Shown one piece after another: positions 29,400 to 40,392 of a stretch of DNA of 64,000 bases. Made by a program: the position numbers and the translations under genes. This DNA comes from Iphione sp. A-MEVVRFRX5 (lineage: Eukaryota): assembly GCA_976226885.1 (NCBI GenBank), contig OZ320314.1, positions 80,910,001 to 80,974,000 of the forward strand, written 5' to 3'. Below the pieces are notes generated by a model, which was not told the origin of the DNA, ran no database searches, and was given only the letters and a program-made list of their open reading frames with translations. How positions within the stretch are numbered: position 1 is the stretch's first letter; each line of letters begins with the position of its first letter.

Positions 29400-31490
29400 G
29401 TATTAGACAATAAGGACGCTGACAGGCAAGTGAAAATGACGACTGTTGTAACAAACACGTTGACAGAACAACACCCACAACACCCTTCACATCATCCGCA
29501 GCAGCAGTTACACCGTAACAGCCACAGCATGAGCAAGTCTATTACGCGAATGCTGCAGCACTCGATCCTGCAGCTATGCAATGAGCACATCGGCTATACG
29601 CACAAACTCCAGATCTTGGGCGTGCTGTGTATGACGGTCGACGACGAGCAACAGGAGCTTGTTGTGAAGGTGAACAACACACTGAAGAGGGTCGGGCCGG
29701 TCACACCCAAGGACGGAGCGCAACCGCACATGGCGGGCATGACACCCAGTGTACCCACCCTGGCGCAGCACCTTCCCCCGCCCAGCCACATGGGCACGGA
29801 CCTCAGCCTGTGCATCCCCACCCGCGCCCCTGGCGCCTTCCCCATACATGCCACCGCTGACATGGCGCCCGACTCCGGCGCCCCTCTGCCCACGAATCTT
29901 GGCGCGATGAGCCCAGCGTCGAGCCCTGTACCACTTAACATGAGCGGCCGCAAGTCACATGGCCGTAAGGGCAGCAACCCGACCAAGGTGTCGCAGGTGA
30001 TGGACGAGAACCTCCTCGATACAGACGATGACGACGACTCGGACGGTCCGCTCACCATCATTCCCGAGGCGCCCGAGCTTACCAACAGCCGCCTGTCGTC
30101 CGCGCCGCCCAGCCCGCTCCCACCCGCCACCTCCACGCCAACGACGCCCTCGTCCAGTTCGCGGCACCGCGGTGGCGGTGGCGGCGGTGGCGGCCCCTCA
30201 GGCAGCGCCAAGCGCAAGCCCAGTCACCAGTTCCGCGTGCCTCAGTACCCGTCACCCAGCGGCAGTCCTTATATCCGCTCTCTGCCAGGTGACTCGGCAG
30301 GCAGCCCGTACGGTCCTTACGTCAGTCCCGACGTCCCGGGCAATGGCACACCTGGCAAAGGTATCAATCTGCCCATCTACGTCGCTGGCACCTACTCACA
30401 AGCAGGCCAGGACGGCGCCGCCGATGACGACGATGAACAACCCATGAATCTAGCCGCTGGGTCATCATCGTCGCCTTCGTCGTCGAGCCGACAGAACGGT
30501 CTGCCGCAGATGAATGGCAGGGACTCGCGCGAGGGTTCGCCGACGACGGCCAGCGACCGGCCCGGGAGCCGCTCCAGCCTGCATCACGCGCGCGGTAGCG
30601 ACAAGCTGAAGGACGAACCAGACGACGATTCGGAGAGCGAGTACAAGGAGCAGCTCAATTCACTGGAGGAGTATGCCAGTGTGCGTGCGCTATTCTCCGG
30701 CTCTGACGGTGCCGACAGAGACTCACGCATGGACGGCCTGCACGCCGCCTTACCCTACCCGCCCATGTTCATGCCACGCCAGGGCTTTGAGTCACCATCG
30801 CCCTCCAGCCGGGACGGCGACGGGCTAACCATCAAATACACGTCGACGGGGCCGTACACAGTCAGCGCTAGCGGCAAGGATGTGAGCAACGCCTCCCGCA
30901 TCAAAGACATCATCATGTACGACGACCAGTCGCCGCTATCTGCCCAGAAGGGTGCCCGGATCGAGACGGACTACATCGTTGACAAACTGGGCATGGACGG
31001 CCGCAAGCGGCGTAGGCGGGCACCCGAAGACCTGCTCACCCCCGAAGAAATTGCCGAGTACCTCGGTCAGCCCGAGCGCTCCGACTACTCCTTCCGCTGT
31101 AAATACTGCTCGGAGGAGTTCGAGAGCATCACGCGCTATATCCACCACACACTGGCTGCCCACCAGGCATATATCTGCCACCAGTGCGGCAAGAGCTTCA
31201 CCACTAAGAGCTCGTTGCTGCGCCACCGGCCTATCCACACGGGCATGCGCCGGTTCGCCTGCAGCATCTGTAAGAAGACCTTCTACCGCAAGGACAAGTG
31301 CAAAGCGCACATCCGTCGCCACCTGGGCTTGGACCACAGTAACGCGAACAGCGCAGTGGAAAGCACCACCAGTAACAGCGCGGTAGTGGCCGATAGCAGC
31401 GTGCATGCCGTGGAAGAACAGAACAGCCAGAACAGTAGCCAGTTCCCCACCCCCGTCGAGGCTTCCGCCCTGGATGCCGACTCGCCTTGA
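29400..31490 (+). CDS. C2H2 zinc-finger transcription factor, main/terminal coding exon (three fingers)
   Basis: A long pyrimidine tract and CAG acceptor end at 29399. The frame is open from 29400 (VLDNKDADRQVKM...) to TGA 31488-31490 with strong GC3 bias. Fingers CKYC..HTLAAH, CHQC..HRPIH and CSIC..HIRRH span 31092-31322, with a TGMRRFA linker resembling TGEKPY. Confidence 0.92.
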   Translation, partial: VLDNKDADRQVKMTTVVTNTLTEQHPQHPSHHPQQQLHRNSHSMSKSITRMLQHSILQLCNEHIGYTHKLQILGVLCMTVDDEQQELVVKVNNTLKRVGPVTPKDGAQPHMAGMTPSVPTLAQHLPPPSHMGTDLSLCIPTRAPGAFPIHATADMAPDSGAPLPTNLGAMSPASSPVPLNMSGRKSHGRKGSNPTKVSQVMDENLLDTDDDDDSDGPLTIIPEAPELTNSRLSSAPPSPLPPATSTPTTPSSSSRHRGGGGGGGGPSGSAKRKPSHQFRVPQYPSPSGSPYIRSLPGDSAGSPYGPYVSPDVPGNGTPGKGINLPIYVAGTYSQAGQDGAADDDDEQPMNLAAGSSSSPSSSSRQNGLPQMNGRDSREGSPTTASDRPGSRSSLHHARGSDKLKDEPDDDSESEYKEQLNSLEEYASVRALFSGSDGADRDSRMDGLHAALPYPPMFMPRQGFESPSPSSRDGDGLTIKYTSTGPYTVSASGKDVSNASRIKDIIMYDDQSPLSAQKGARIETDYIVDKLGMDGRKRRRRAPEDLLTPEEIAEYLGQPERSDYSFRCKYCSEEFESITRYIHHTLAAHQAYICHQCGKSFTTKSSLLRHRPIHTGMRRFACSICKKTFYRKDKCKAHIRRHLGLDHSNANSAVESTTSNSAVVADSSVHAVEEQNSQNSSQFPTPVEASALDADSP

Positions 31491-33430
31491 CTACCACATG
31501 ACGGAGAGGGCCCTGCATCACGCCGGTCGCTGACCTTCACCGCAGGCAGACAGCGAAAACCTGCCGCCGCGGCGCTCAAACTAGGGACTCAGTACGCACG
31601 CGGGCCTCCTCATCAGAAGAGGAAGAAGAGGAAGAGAGTAAATCAAAAACACGACCTGACGAATATTGTGCGCAACTGTTGTGATGATGTGCCTATCCTA
31701 TATTATTAACAGAAAACTAGAGAAGACGAGAGACTATCGTTGATATTTCATATACACACGGATTGTCTGTTGTGGTGGTTTTGTTTTTAACAAGGTGTGT
31801 ATGAGTGTCTTTTTTCAAACCTTTCAATGAAGATGCTATGATGAAAGAATTGTTGCTTTCAACTGTTGTACACTACAGTCTGATATGAGATAGCACAAAT
31901 ACACGGCCGTAGTGTTCCAAAATTTATTTTTTTCTCAAGAGTGGTGCAGAGTGATTCTTATAACTATATTCAACTGTATTTGTGGTTAGCTAATGATTGG
32001 ATGTTTGAAGTCTACATTTTATTTTGTTCTATTTGATATTGGATACTGTGGCAATGTTGATATAGATTCTAAAATGGAGTATTGCCCCCATATGATGGTG
32101 TGATGTTTGAGGTGGAGTGACGTTATCTGCTGACGTAATGATGATATTGTTTAATTCTTGTTTTTACTGGTACCGATCATAGCATTCATCGTAGCTGTTA
32201 CATTATGATTTGACGCCCTTCTTGTTACATAATATGGGTGCCAGGGGCTAAAGGCAGCTGGCGAGTGAATTCGATATGGCCTAGCTCCATGCTTGATAAA
32301 CGAAGTATATACGATCGTGTAGAGAAATCGCTTTATATTATGATGAATAATATGATGCCATCCCTTGCTCAGTGAACTGGAAGGTTCTTTTTCATTATTT
32401 CCTTTATATGGTATCTTTGCGTTTACTTGGTTTAAATCTAGGTGGTTGTCATGGTTACGGTGCCAGTGCTCATGGTGATATGTAGCTAGGTATCTTAGGT
32501 ATCAAAATGAACATATACCATGTACATATATATCTATATATAAATGTAATGTTGTGTTTGGGTGGACTCGGTATCCGCCACATTCCCTGGTTGTGATGCC
32601 TTTATTGGCGATACACAATTTCTGAAAGAGGGACTTGTATCAGTTATGTGTTGAATCTTTACCTTTGCTATGTAGACTTTGAAATCTGGACCATTTTCTT
32701 TTTGAAAAAAAATTTAAATCTTAGTGGGAAGCTTAAAGGAATTCACATTGCCTTATTCTGTCCTTATAATGATTATCTACTAAGTTTCCATAAAATGGTG
32801 TTTAAGACAGTTACTTCTTCAATTCTACATAATTATAGCATTCAGATTATTAAAAACAAAATTAAGATACAGCCATTCATACAATGGCGGTACCAACAAC
32901 ATAACATGCAAATTCTAGCACATTAGCATACGTGTCATGAATTTTGGAATTGTTCTTACCAAACAGGAAGTAGGGTGAAGGGCTCATTAGGAATATTATC
33001 ATTTAGATGTTTTGTTACTTGCGGGAGATAAAGTGTCTGGAAGTAAGGGTGTTTCAGCTACGCAAAATTCTATGGTTTAACCGAAGCGCTTCATGTGGAC
33101 CGATACCCTCTCAAGACAGTGAGCGCTGACTTTGAATTGCCTCAGGGTACAATAGCATTTCCAGCATCATAGTTGATAGAACAGTCATCCTGACCTCATT
33201 ATGAATACATGAGTGTTATCACTTCCATCCCCTATAGATTCCCACATACAAAAATACTATTTAATGGAAAAAGGACACATTCTTCACAGCGCAGCGGTCA
33301 CCTGTTCAAGAGTAATTTCCATTCTTCACAGGAATTCATATTGGACCCCTCCTTCAGTTGTGCTAAATCTCTTGTGATATGTTATGTATTTTGCTAGCGT
33401 AATCATTCTATATTTATAAGCATTTATAAA
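31491..33430 (+). other. Probable long AU-rich 3' UTR of the zinc-finger gene (end point uncertain)
   Basis: Abrupt drop in GC shortly after the stop codon, U-rich and TTGT-rich sequence, a Pumilio-type TGTACATA at 32521 and no credible ORF. No clear AATAAA fixes the end. Confidence 0.35.
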
Positions 33431-33692
33431 TTATACTTCTAGGATGATGGTTAGAACTTGTTCAAGGCGTCTACAGTGCCATTTTGTGTCTTATCCTTGC
33501 TGTGTATCAAGCTTAGTGAAAATGATATATATATTATATATGATATATATAATATGTAATATATAGGAGGAAGACTTGTGCACCGAGTGACAATCACATC
33601 CGTTACCAAAGATAATATTTTTACAGAAATATTTTTAGACAAGAACACATTAACGACATAATGTGCCCTAGACAATCCTGTAAAATGATTAG

Positions 33693-33725
33693 AAACTAAC
33701 ACACCTCTAGTAAACTAACACACCT
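33693..33725. repeat. Short direct duplication AAACTAACACACCT x2
   Basis: Identical 14-mers at 33693-33706 and 33712-33725. Confidence 0.8.
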
Positions 33726-34916
33726 ACTGAGACCTCGGTATAAATTATTTTGTTCAGGAAGGAATGGTGCTTTCCAAAGCTTAATTTATTACTATTTATT
33801 AGATCAATGTTATGGGGTAAAAGCCCTCTTAAGCTAGTATAGTCTTGTCCATTACCAGGTTCTCCAATCTAAAAGAAAGCCCCTGAGGTAAATGTTGAAC
33901 ATCCCCTCTGAAGGTGTATTATTTGTATAACAGAAAAATTGCACTTAGTAGTTCATGTGACATGGTACATGGTCCAGACTGATTGCTTTAACCACAAGAG
34001 GACAGTAATTCCATTTTTAACAATCATTCTGAGAAAAAAAACAGAGCAAATGCCGCTTCTTGATCTCATTCCATATTGTGTTTTTTGACAAATTTCTGTG
34101 GACTTCCAGCATTGTCCACGTGTTCGTCATGCCCATTTTGCCTTATTACTTTGGTCCAGAAACTGAACCAGCGGTAGTTAATTTGTATCATACTTTTTGT
34201 GTTTTGTCGTATATCGTGCCCTACATGGATTCTTCGCTTATTTTTAATTGTGGCTTGTTCTGTTTCCATGTCATACTTTCTCAAACACTGCAGTCGCATT
34301 TGGCATACCTTCACCAGGGCATACGGACTATGTTGAGTGAATACACGTAGATAGAGAGGAAAATGGTCCAGCTTTCTCAAATTGCAATCATTGTCATCAC
34401 GCGGGAAGCTGACTGAATTGTTTCAACATAAAGACCAATCACTGTCGTAAATGTTTTGATGTATATGGATATAAAATATGGCTCTCACTATCGTCTCACC
34501 AAAGTGATTTGCGATGGGTTTAAGTGTCTTGCTTTGTATCCACACAGAAAGTGGTGCAATTATAAAGAGCAGCATCTCAGATAAGTAGTAATCAGTATGT
34601 CTGAAAGTTGCCAAGAGTTGACTTCATATCCTTCTCCCAGTGACATCTCTCCTTCCTGGTAGTACCATGGTAATCCAAGGCCAGTTTCAAAAAAGGTTTA
34701 CTTGTAGAGGATCACCCTCTGTTAGACTTTACATGTACATGTGTATGTACACGTATGTCATTTTGGTTGAAGCCCATGTGTGGCAGATATAGAGAGAAAG
34801 AAAGAGAAAGAGTACAGTGTATGATTATGAGGTGCGAAATCTGATGTGCTTTGTGCAAATAACGATCTTGATTCTGACACAGAAAATTAGACTAAACTGC
34901 ATGCTACAGAAGCTGA

Positions 34917-35429
34917 AATCATGAAGTCAGCTGAGAGAAGAAAACCCAGATTTGTTCCGGGATCTGCCCTTCAGGCAGGTCTGCTCCAAAGTTGCTATGT
35001 GTATCCGCCCATAACATGCTTCAAATATCATGTCAGTGAAACGCAAATGTACATTCCTGTTGACGAGAAGTTTTCGTTTTAAGAGAAGAATTGTGAAATA
35101 TAAACATTTTTGTACATTAGATATTTTGGTGTTGTTTTGATATCTTGACAATGTTTCGTTGTTTCTTAGATGTTCCTTTGCCAGACCTTTTATCTTTGAA
35201 TTGTCTCATTTACAGATATATCTAAACGTGCATATATACATGTTTATATATACATATATAAACATGTATACATATCCGGCCCTTACCAATCCCCTTTGTA
35301 TAAATTTGGTTATGACGCATCTGTCCAAAATTGGTGTTAGAACACTACTACAAAAAACGAACAATACATCCTTTTGACTTTTAAGTCCTATTATATCTTG
35401 CCGAGAGACTCTCAGCTGGTATCATGACT
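34917..35429. mobile_element. Possible degenerate MITE / non-autonomous DNA transposon
   Basis: Imperfect terminal inverted repeats: AATCATGAAGTCAGCTGAGAG versus the reverse complement AGTCATGATACCAGCTGAGAG (17/21 by eye). The interior is non-coding and AT-rich. Confidence 0.3.
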
Positions 35430-36261
35430 ATAATGACGACAATTAAATAGGTAGTCTTCCTTTTAAAGGCGACATATTACCGTTAATCACACGGGTTAAG
35501 TGTAGAATGACAAAGTGAGTGATATTCCTCCCCCAGAGCGGCGGATGCCCATGGCCTTTTTTAATTACGTGTATTTGTTTGATGGCAGTTTTCAATGTAA
35601 GACGTAGTGTCCCACCATCCTGTGCGCGCGTCTCAGATGTGTGTAACAGAACAACTGTATGTCTGACCCCGAATGTATCCAGACCCTTTGTCATTAGTCC
35701 TGAGTGCACGCTTTGTCTAACATTCGACCCAACCAGAAAGACATAACACAGCGTTAAAAAACAACACGAAGAGACAATTACAAAAATAAAACCCATAAAA
35801 AATAAAAAGGAAAATAGTACAACTAGCAGCATGGCGACCTCTGAGGCGAACGTAACCGTCATTTTGGTTGCCAAATCCAAATTCAAATGCAAATATTGCA
35901 TTACTATCATGAAGTGGCGCACAAATACGTTTGGAGACATTGAACAGCTCGTATTCACAAAGTTCAGTCTAACTTTGATTCCAAGCACTTGCTACCTCTT
36001 ATCTCCAAAAATACCAGCCTGTAGGACTCAGGAGTTGCGGTAACATGTTGTGTCGACAACATGGCGCTGCTAGCGGTCCAGCTCCACAAGCATCATGCAC
36101 TGAAACTCTCTTGACAAATATTATAATAAGTAGGTCAGCCAAGTCAATCGCCCTTAGTATACATGTAATGTATCCAATAGAATATTTCTCCTCTTCCTCC
36201 GTCTCCAATTTCCAGCCCATCTCGGTTTAATTTACCTGAATGTGTGTAGTAGGTCTTTGAC

Positions 36262-36266
<5 letters not shown>

Positions 36267-36343
<77 letters not shown>
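36267..36343. repeat. (TC)n microsatellite
   Basis: Directly visible, about 37 units with one interruption. Confidence 0.97.
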
Positions 36344-37814
36344 GCCACATTCATCATTCCCGCTTCCTCTCAACTTTTCAGCTCCACCCTCACTTCATCG
36401 ATTTCGCACGGATAGTACTTTTTATTTCCCTTTCCCACTCCTCCGCATATTGCAGTGGTGCTACCTTGTCACTGGTACTGTCTTGGCTGCCTACACCTAT
36501 GCGCCCAATCCAGGCCTTAACATGATGTCGTGAGGGAGATGTGACGCGTGTTGTCATAAATACCACAGCACTCTGGGGCGCTTGATTTTAATTGTTCGAG
36601 GCACACATGAATAGGGATGGGCTCGAGTGTTACAAGTCGGTGATTGAACAAAAGCCCGGGATTGTCGGTGGCAGGGTCCTTCGAGGAGCGCGACCGGGGG
36701 GCAGTCGACGGTTGCCGGACTGCCTTGCGGCAAGCCCTGAGGCCGGGTGACATGGGTTTAATGGCCCGATGAGCTTCCCTCGATGCTAATGTTCCCGTGA
36801 CAGAAGGGGGGCAGCTGCTTCATGCCATCGCCATCATCATAATCGTCCATCTTGGCCGTTTGGCTAGGTGTGCCGCTGAGCGGCGCCGCCAACGCGCTGG
36901 ACGGATGTCCGCGGGATATTTACGTGTGCGCGCGCAGCTTGCTAGCCAGCATGCCCCTCGCTCTTCAATCGTTCACAGGCAGGCATGTAATGCAGCTCAC
37001 CGTAGCACACTTTCCCCGAAAGGATCAAAGAGTCTCCTATCAGACGTATCGGACAGCAATGAAAAAAAAACATGTAGGCGGCTGTTTGCAATTAAGGTGC
37101 GACGTTTTAATGACGGCAGTTGGTGGTGATGGTTAATTTATTTTGTTGGCAGCACTGCTGTTGTGTCAGAAGTCTTTCCTAGTGGTTTGTATACCTGCTG
37201 AGACAAAAACTAGCCATCGGGTGGTGAATTCGGGCTGCGGATGACCAGTTCATGACTGTGCCTGTGCCTATGTCAGGTATGACAGCTTTACCTCCCCCAA
37301 CCCCAACCCACGCACCACACACACATGCACAGATACAAACACACCTTGCCACGATTAGCTTGAGGGTGGAGGGAGTTGGACGACCCATCTTAATTTTCCT
37401 GTCCCTACCAGCTGTTCCCACCATCAGCCACTTAAAAACTACCCTCGACTTGCTTGCACCCCCTAGACTGCTCATGCTGAGAACAATAGCGGCCGAGCAC
37501 GTCGAGGTCACACAATTTAACATGTGAATGACATGCCTGTGAAATTCTGACTGACGCTAGGGGCTGACTTATTGCTAGTCCCGTATTTGGCCTCAGTCGT
37601 ACATAAAGTCGACGAGCTTCACCACCAATGTACCAGGAGAAAGAACCAGCATACCCCTGGCACCCTCCCTCCTTCTCTATAACCCACCATCCCCCACGCC
37701 CACGAACACATAACCTCCACACCCCTGCAGCATCTCCCTCCCACCCCTTCCTCCCGTCCTCGCCGCACACAAAGGGATTCCGGGAGCGCTGGATGCGACG
37801 CCACCTGGCCGCAA

Positions 37815-37882
37815 CACGTGGAGACAATCATCTCCAGGTGCGTCTCCATGGTGACACGTTCTGGGTGGGGTGACTGACGTCA
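37815..37882. promoter_or_regulatory. Cluster of E-box, RFX X-box-like site and full CRE
   Basis: CACGTG at 37815-37820, GTCTCCATGGTGAC at 37842-37855 and TGACGTCA at 37875-37882, within 70 bp of a GC-rich island. Confidence 0.4.
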
Positions 37883-38124
37883 CTGTCCACAACGGCCCAC
37901 ACTGATGAAGGGAAGCCCACTGCCGCCGACCCGAGTAACTTAGTAGTCACTCCATCGCGCTCCCTCTACCTGCACTATCGTTCGTCTGTTTGTGCGTGTG
38001 CGTTCGTGTGCGTATCATATACATGTATGTGTATACCTGTTTACGTGTACCTTGGTGTACGTGGAAACTTCATAGCGCGGATCACAGATGGAGAGGCTCA
38101 ATGACAGAGAGAAATGGAGAGATG

Positions 38125-38126
<2 letters not shown>

Positions 38127-38179
<53 letters not shown>
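38127..38179. repeat. (GA)n microsatellite
   Basis: Directly visible, about 26 units. Confidence 0.97.
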
Positions 38180-38184
<5 letters not shown>

Positions 38185-39781
38185 TGGGGGGGGGTCGGGG
38201 TGCCTGACCACCTCGGGCGGCGGAAGCGGCGGCCTCGTGTCAGTCTGTAACATGTTTCCGGTCGGCCCGATCTCGTCCGGCAGCCGTAGCCCACTGTGTC
38301 GGAGGCAGCGGTGCACCTGAGCGAGCCCGACAAAAGGGACGCTCCAGGTGGGGCAGCAACAGGGTAGGCACAGTGCAAGGCAACCTGTACCACATCGCCT
38401 TTGTGTGGATCAGCCCATAACCATTAGTAGCGGCAACTTTTAAAACATGGAGGATATTCCCCAGTCCTAGTTAGGATGTTTGTATACCGGTACCCTTATA
38501 CATGTGTGTACATTTACACGTATGTACCCCCGACCACCTACCCTGCATGCCCGACAATGTGTGCATGATATATAAACATGAACTATAAAAGCTCGCAAAG
38601 AGCGGGTGATCCAGAAGTACGGCTGTTTTTTTCTGCCCGGAATCAAATGTGCATTCCTGCCTTTTGTACTGACAATATCATGCAGTTGTCAGCCCAATCG
38701 TTGTTTATATACTTCTTTCCTTTTGCTGGCAGTGTGTGTTTGTACCAATTCGATCAAAGTAACTCTGTATGTCAGGTGAGCTCAAGCGGCCGTGCCTAGT
38801 AACAGCAGGGACCCAACTCAACTCTCAACAGTTCATTCCAACGTGCTTATTTTTGTAGCATAGCGTGTTATATACTGTACACAGGGCAGTGTCATTCGAA
38901 AAGAATATATACATTTAAATGTATATACCATGTTCGTTGATGTTCGTTTGGTATCTCAACAACTAAATGTTTGTGGTTCTATATTAGGATGGTAGTTTGC
39001 AGGCACTGCTATATCGAGACAATGAGGAACGCTCAGGCCAACAATATGCTTTAGGAACGCTCACAGAATTAATACGAGCTTTTATTGAGACATTTGGTAT
39101 TTCCCACCATGCTTACCAATGATAAGGTATCTAAAGCTTTAAGTAGTCCTACTTGTAGCTTCAGAACAAAGCCTCAAGTCTAAACAGAATCGCACACGCA
39201 GCGTGCGACCTGTGTACATGGACATTTGCTGTATGATTCAAATAAGTGTTTGCCCTAAATGTGATCCTAGAAGAAGATTTCGAGTGAAACAGTACCCATC
39301 AATGACACACTTTACATTTTATGTGTGGCACAGAGCTATTATCAACAAATACTTATGAGCTAAAGTTTGTGTATTAGATCCTAGGGTATGGAGACTTAAA
39401 GTAATCCTCCATAAGGTAACGGTGGAATTAATTTCGATATGTCGTTTTGTTTCCACTCAGTGTTTCAATCCACTGTTTATGTAAGTAATGTTGATGGTGA
39501 CTATCTTACCCGCGGTGCTGAAGTTTTCCCACGGTGAAGCCTGCATGTCACATAATACCCAAGTTCATCAACAAGTATTATAAGGTTGATTATGACTCAG
39601 TTCTTCTCCCTCCGGCATAGGATTTCAGTTCATTATTTCAGGTTAAGATGAAAGTGAGGGCGCTAGAAACCGATGTACAGATTCATGCGGTGTGGTTTCG
39701 TCGGTGTTATTTTCTCTTTCAAATAGATTCGTCAGTTCACTGTGTGAGCACTTCATCTGGCTCTCCCCATTTGAGAACAAA

Positions 39782-39785
<4 letters not shown>

Positions 39786-39820
<35 letters not shown>
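39786..39820. repeat. (TA)n microsatellite
   Basis: Directly visible, about 17 units. Confidence 0.97.
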
Positions 39821-39822
<2 letters not shown>

Positions 39823-40353
39823 GTGTAACCGAAGTATTAAGATTTTTTGACTTGTGCAGGAAGGGTTCAACATGTGGTAAATAACATTTTGTACTTCAAA
39901 TATGCTGAAAAATGAAAGAGGAATATGCCTTAGAGCTTTTAAAGGAATGTATGCGATGTAATACCAATTATTCAAGGATATGTGTGTATAACTATTGCAC
40001 GAAATATTCCAGCTGTCACTAATAGTTGTCACGATTCAGAATATTGCATGATTTATTGAGGGTTCGATTTTGTGTTCATTTTTAAGTCACCCCATCATAA
40101 TAATTGTTTGAATCACAATGATTTGGAGAAGTACACCCCTGTGTGTACGAAAGAGGAATATGTCAACGCCCCCCTTCAAAATATCTACAAGCTTGTTTAC
40201 TGCTGCAAAGAAAAAGCTGATAAGTTGAGCTACCCATCCGATATTTTTGTAAAAATATCTATAGCACACCAGGAAGTACATGTCGATGTATGTGGTTTAT
40301 TATGTGTCAGATATTAAATTTAACATATACTATTCTCTGTGCCAGTTTTGGAA

Positions 40354-40392
40354 TACATGTACATATGTACATGTACATACATATGTACACGT
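40354..40392. repeat. TACATG/TACATATG low-complexity palindromic run
   Basis: TACATGTACATATGTACATGTACATACATATGTACAC. Confidence 0.8.

Noticed and set aside
29574-31579. Long alternative-frame and antisense ORFs over the zinc-finger exon (e.g. 29594-30217 minus, 207 aa; 30936-31406 minus)
   Set aside because: Shadow ORFs expected from high GC3 coding sequence, with no domain-like content.
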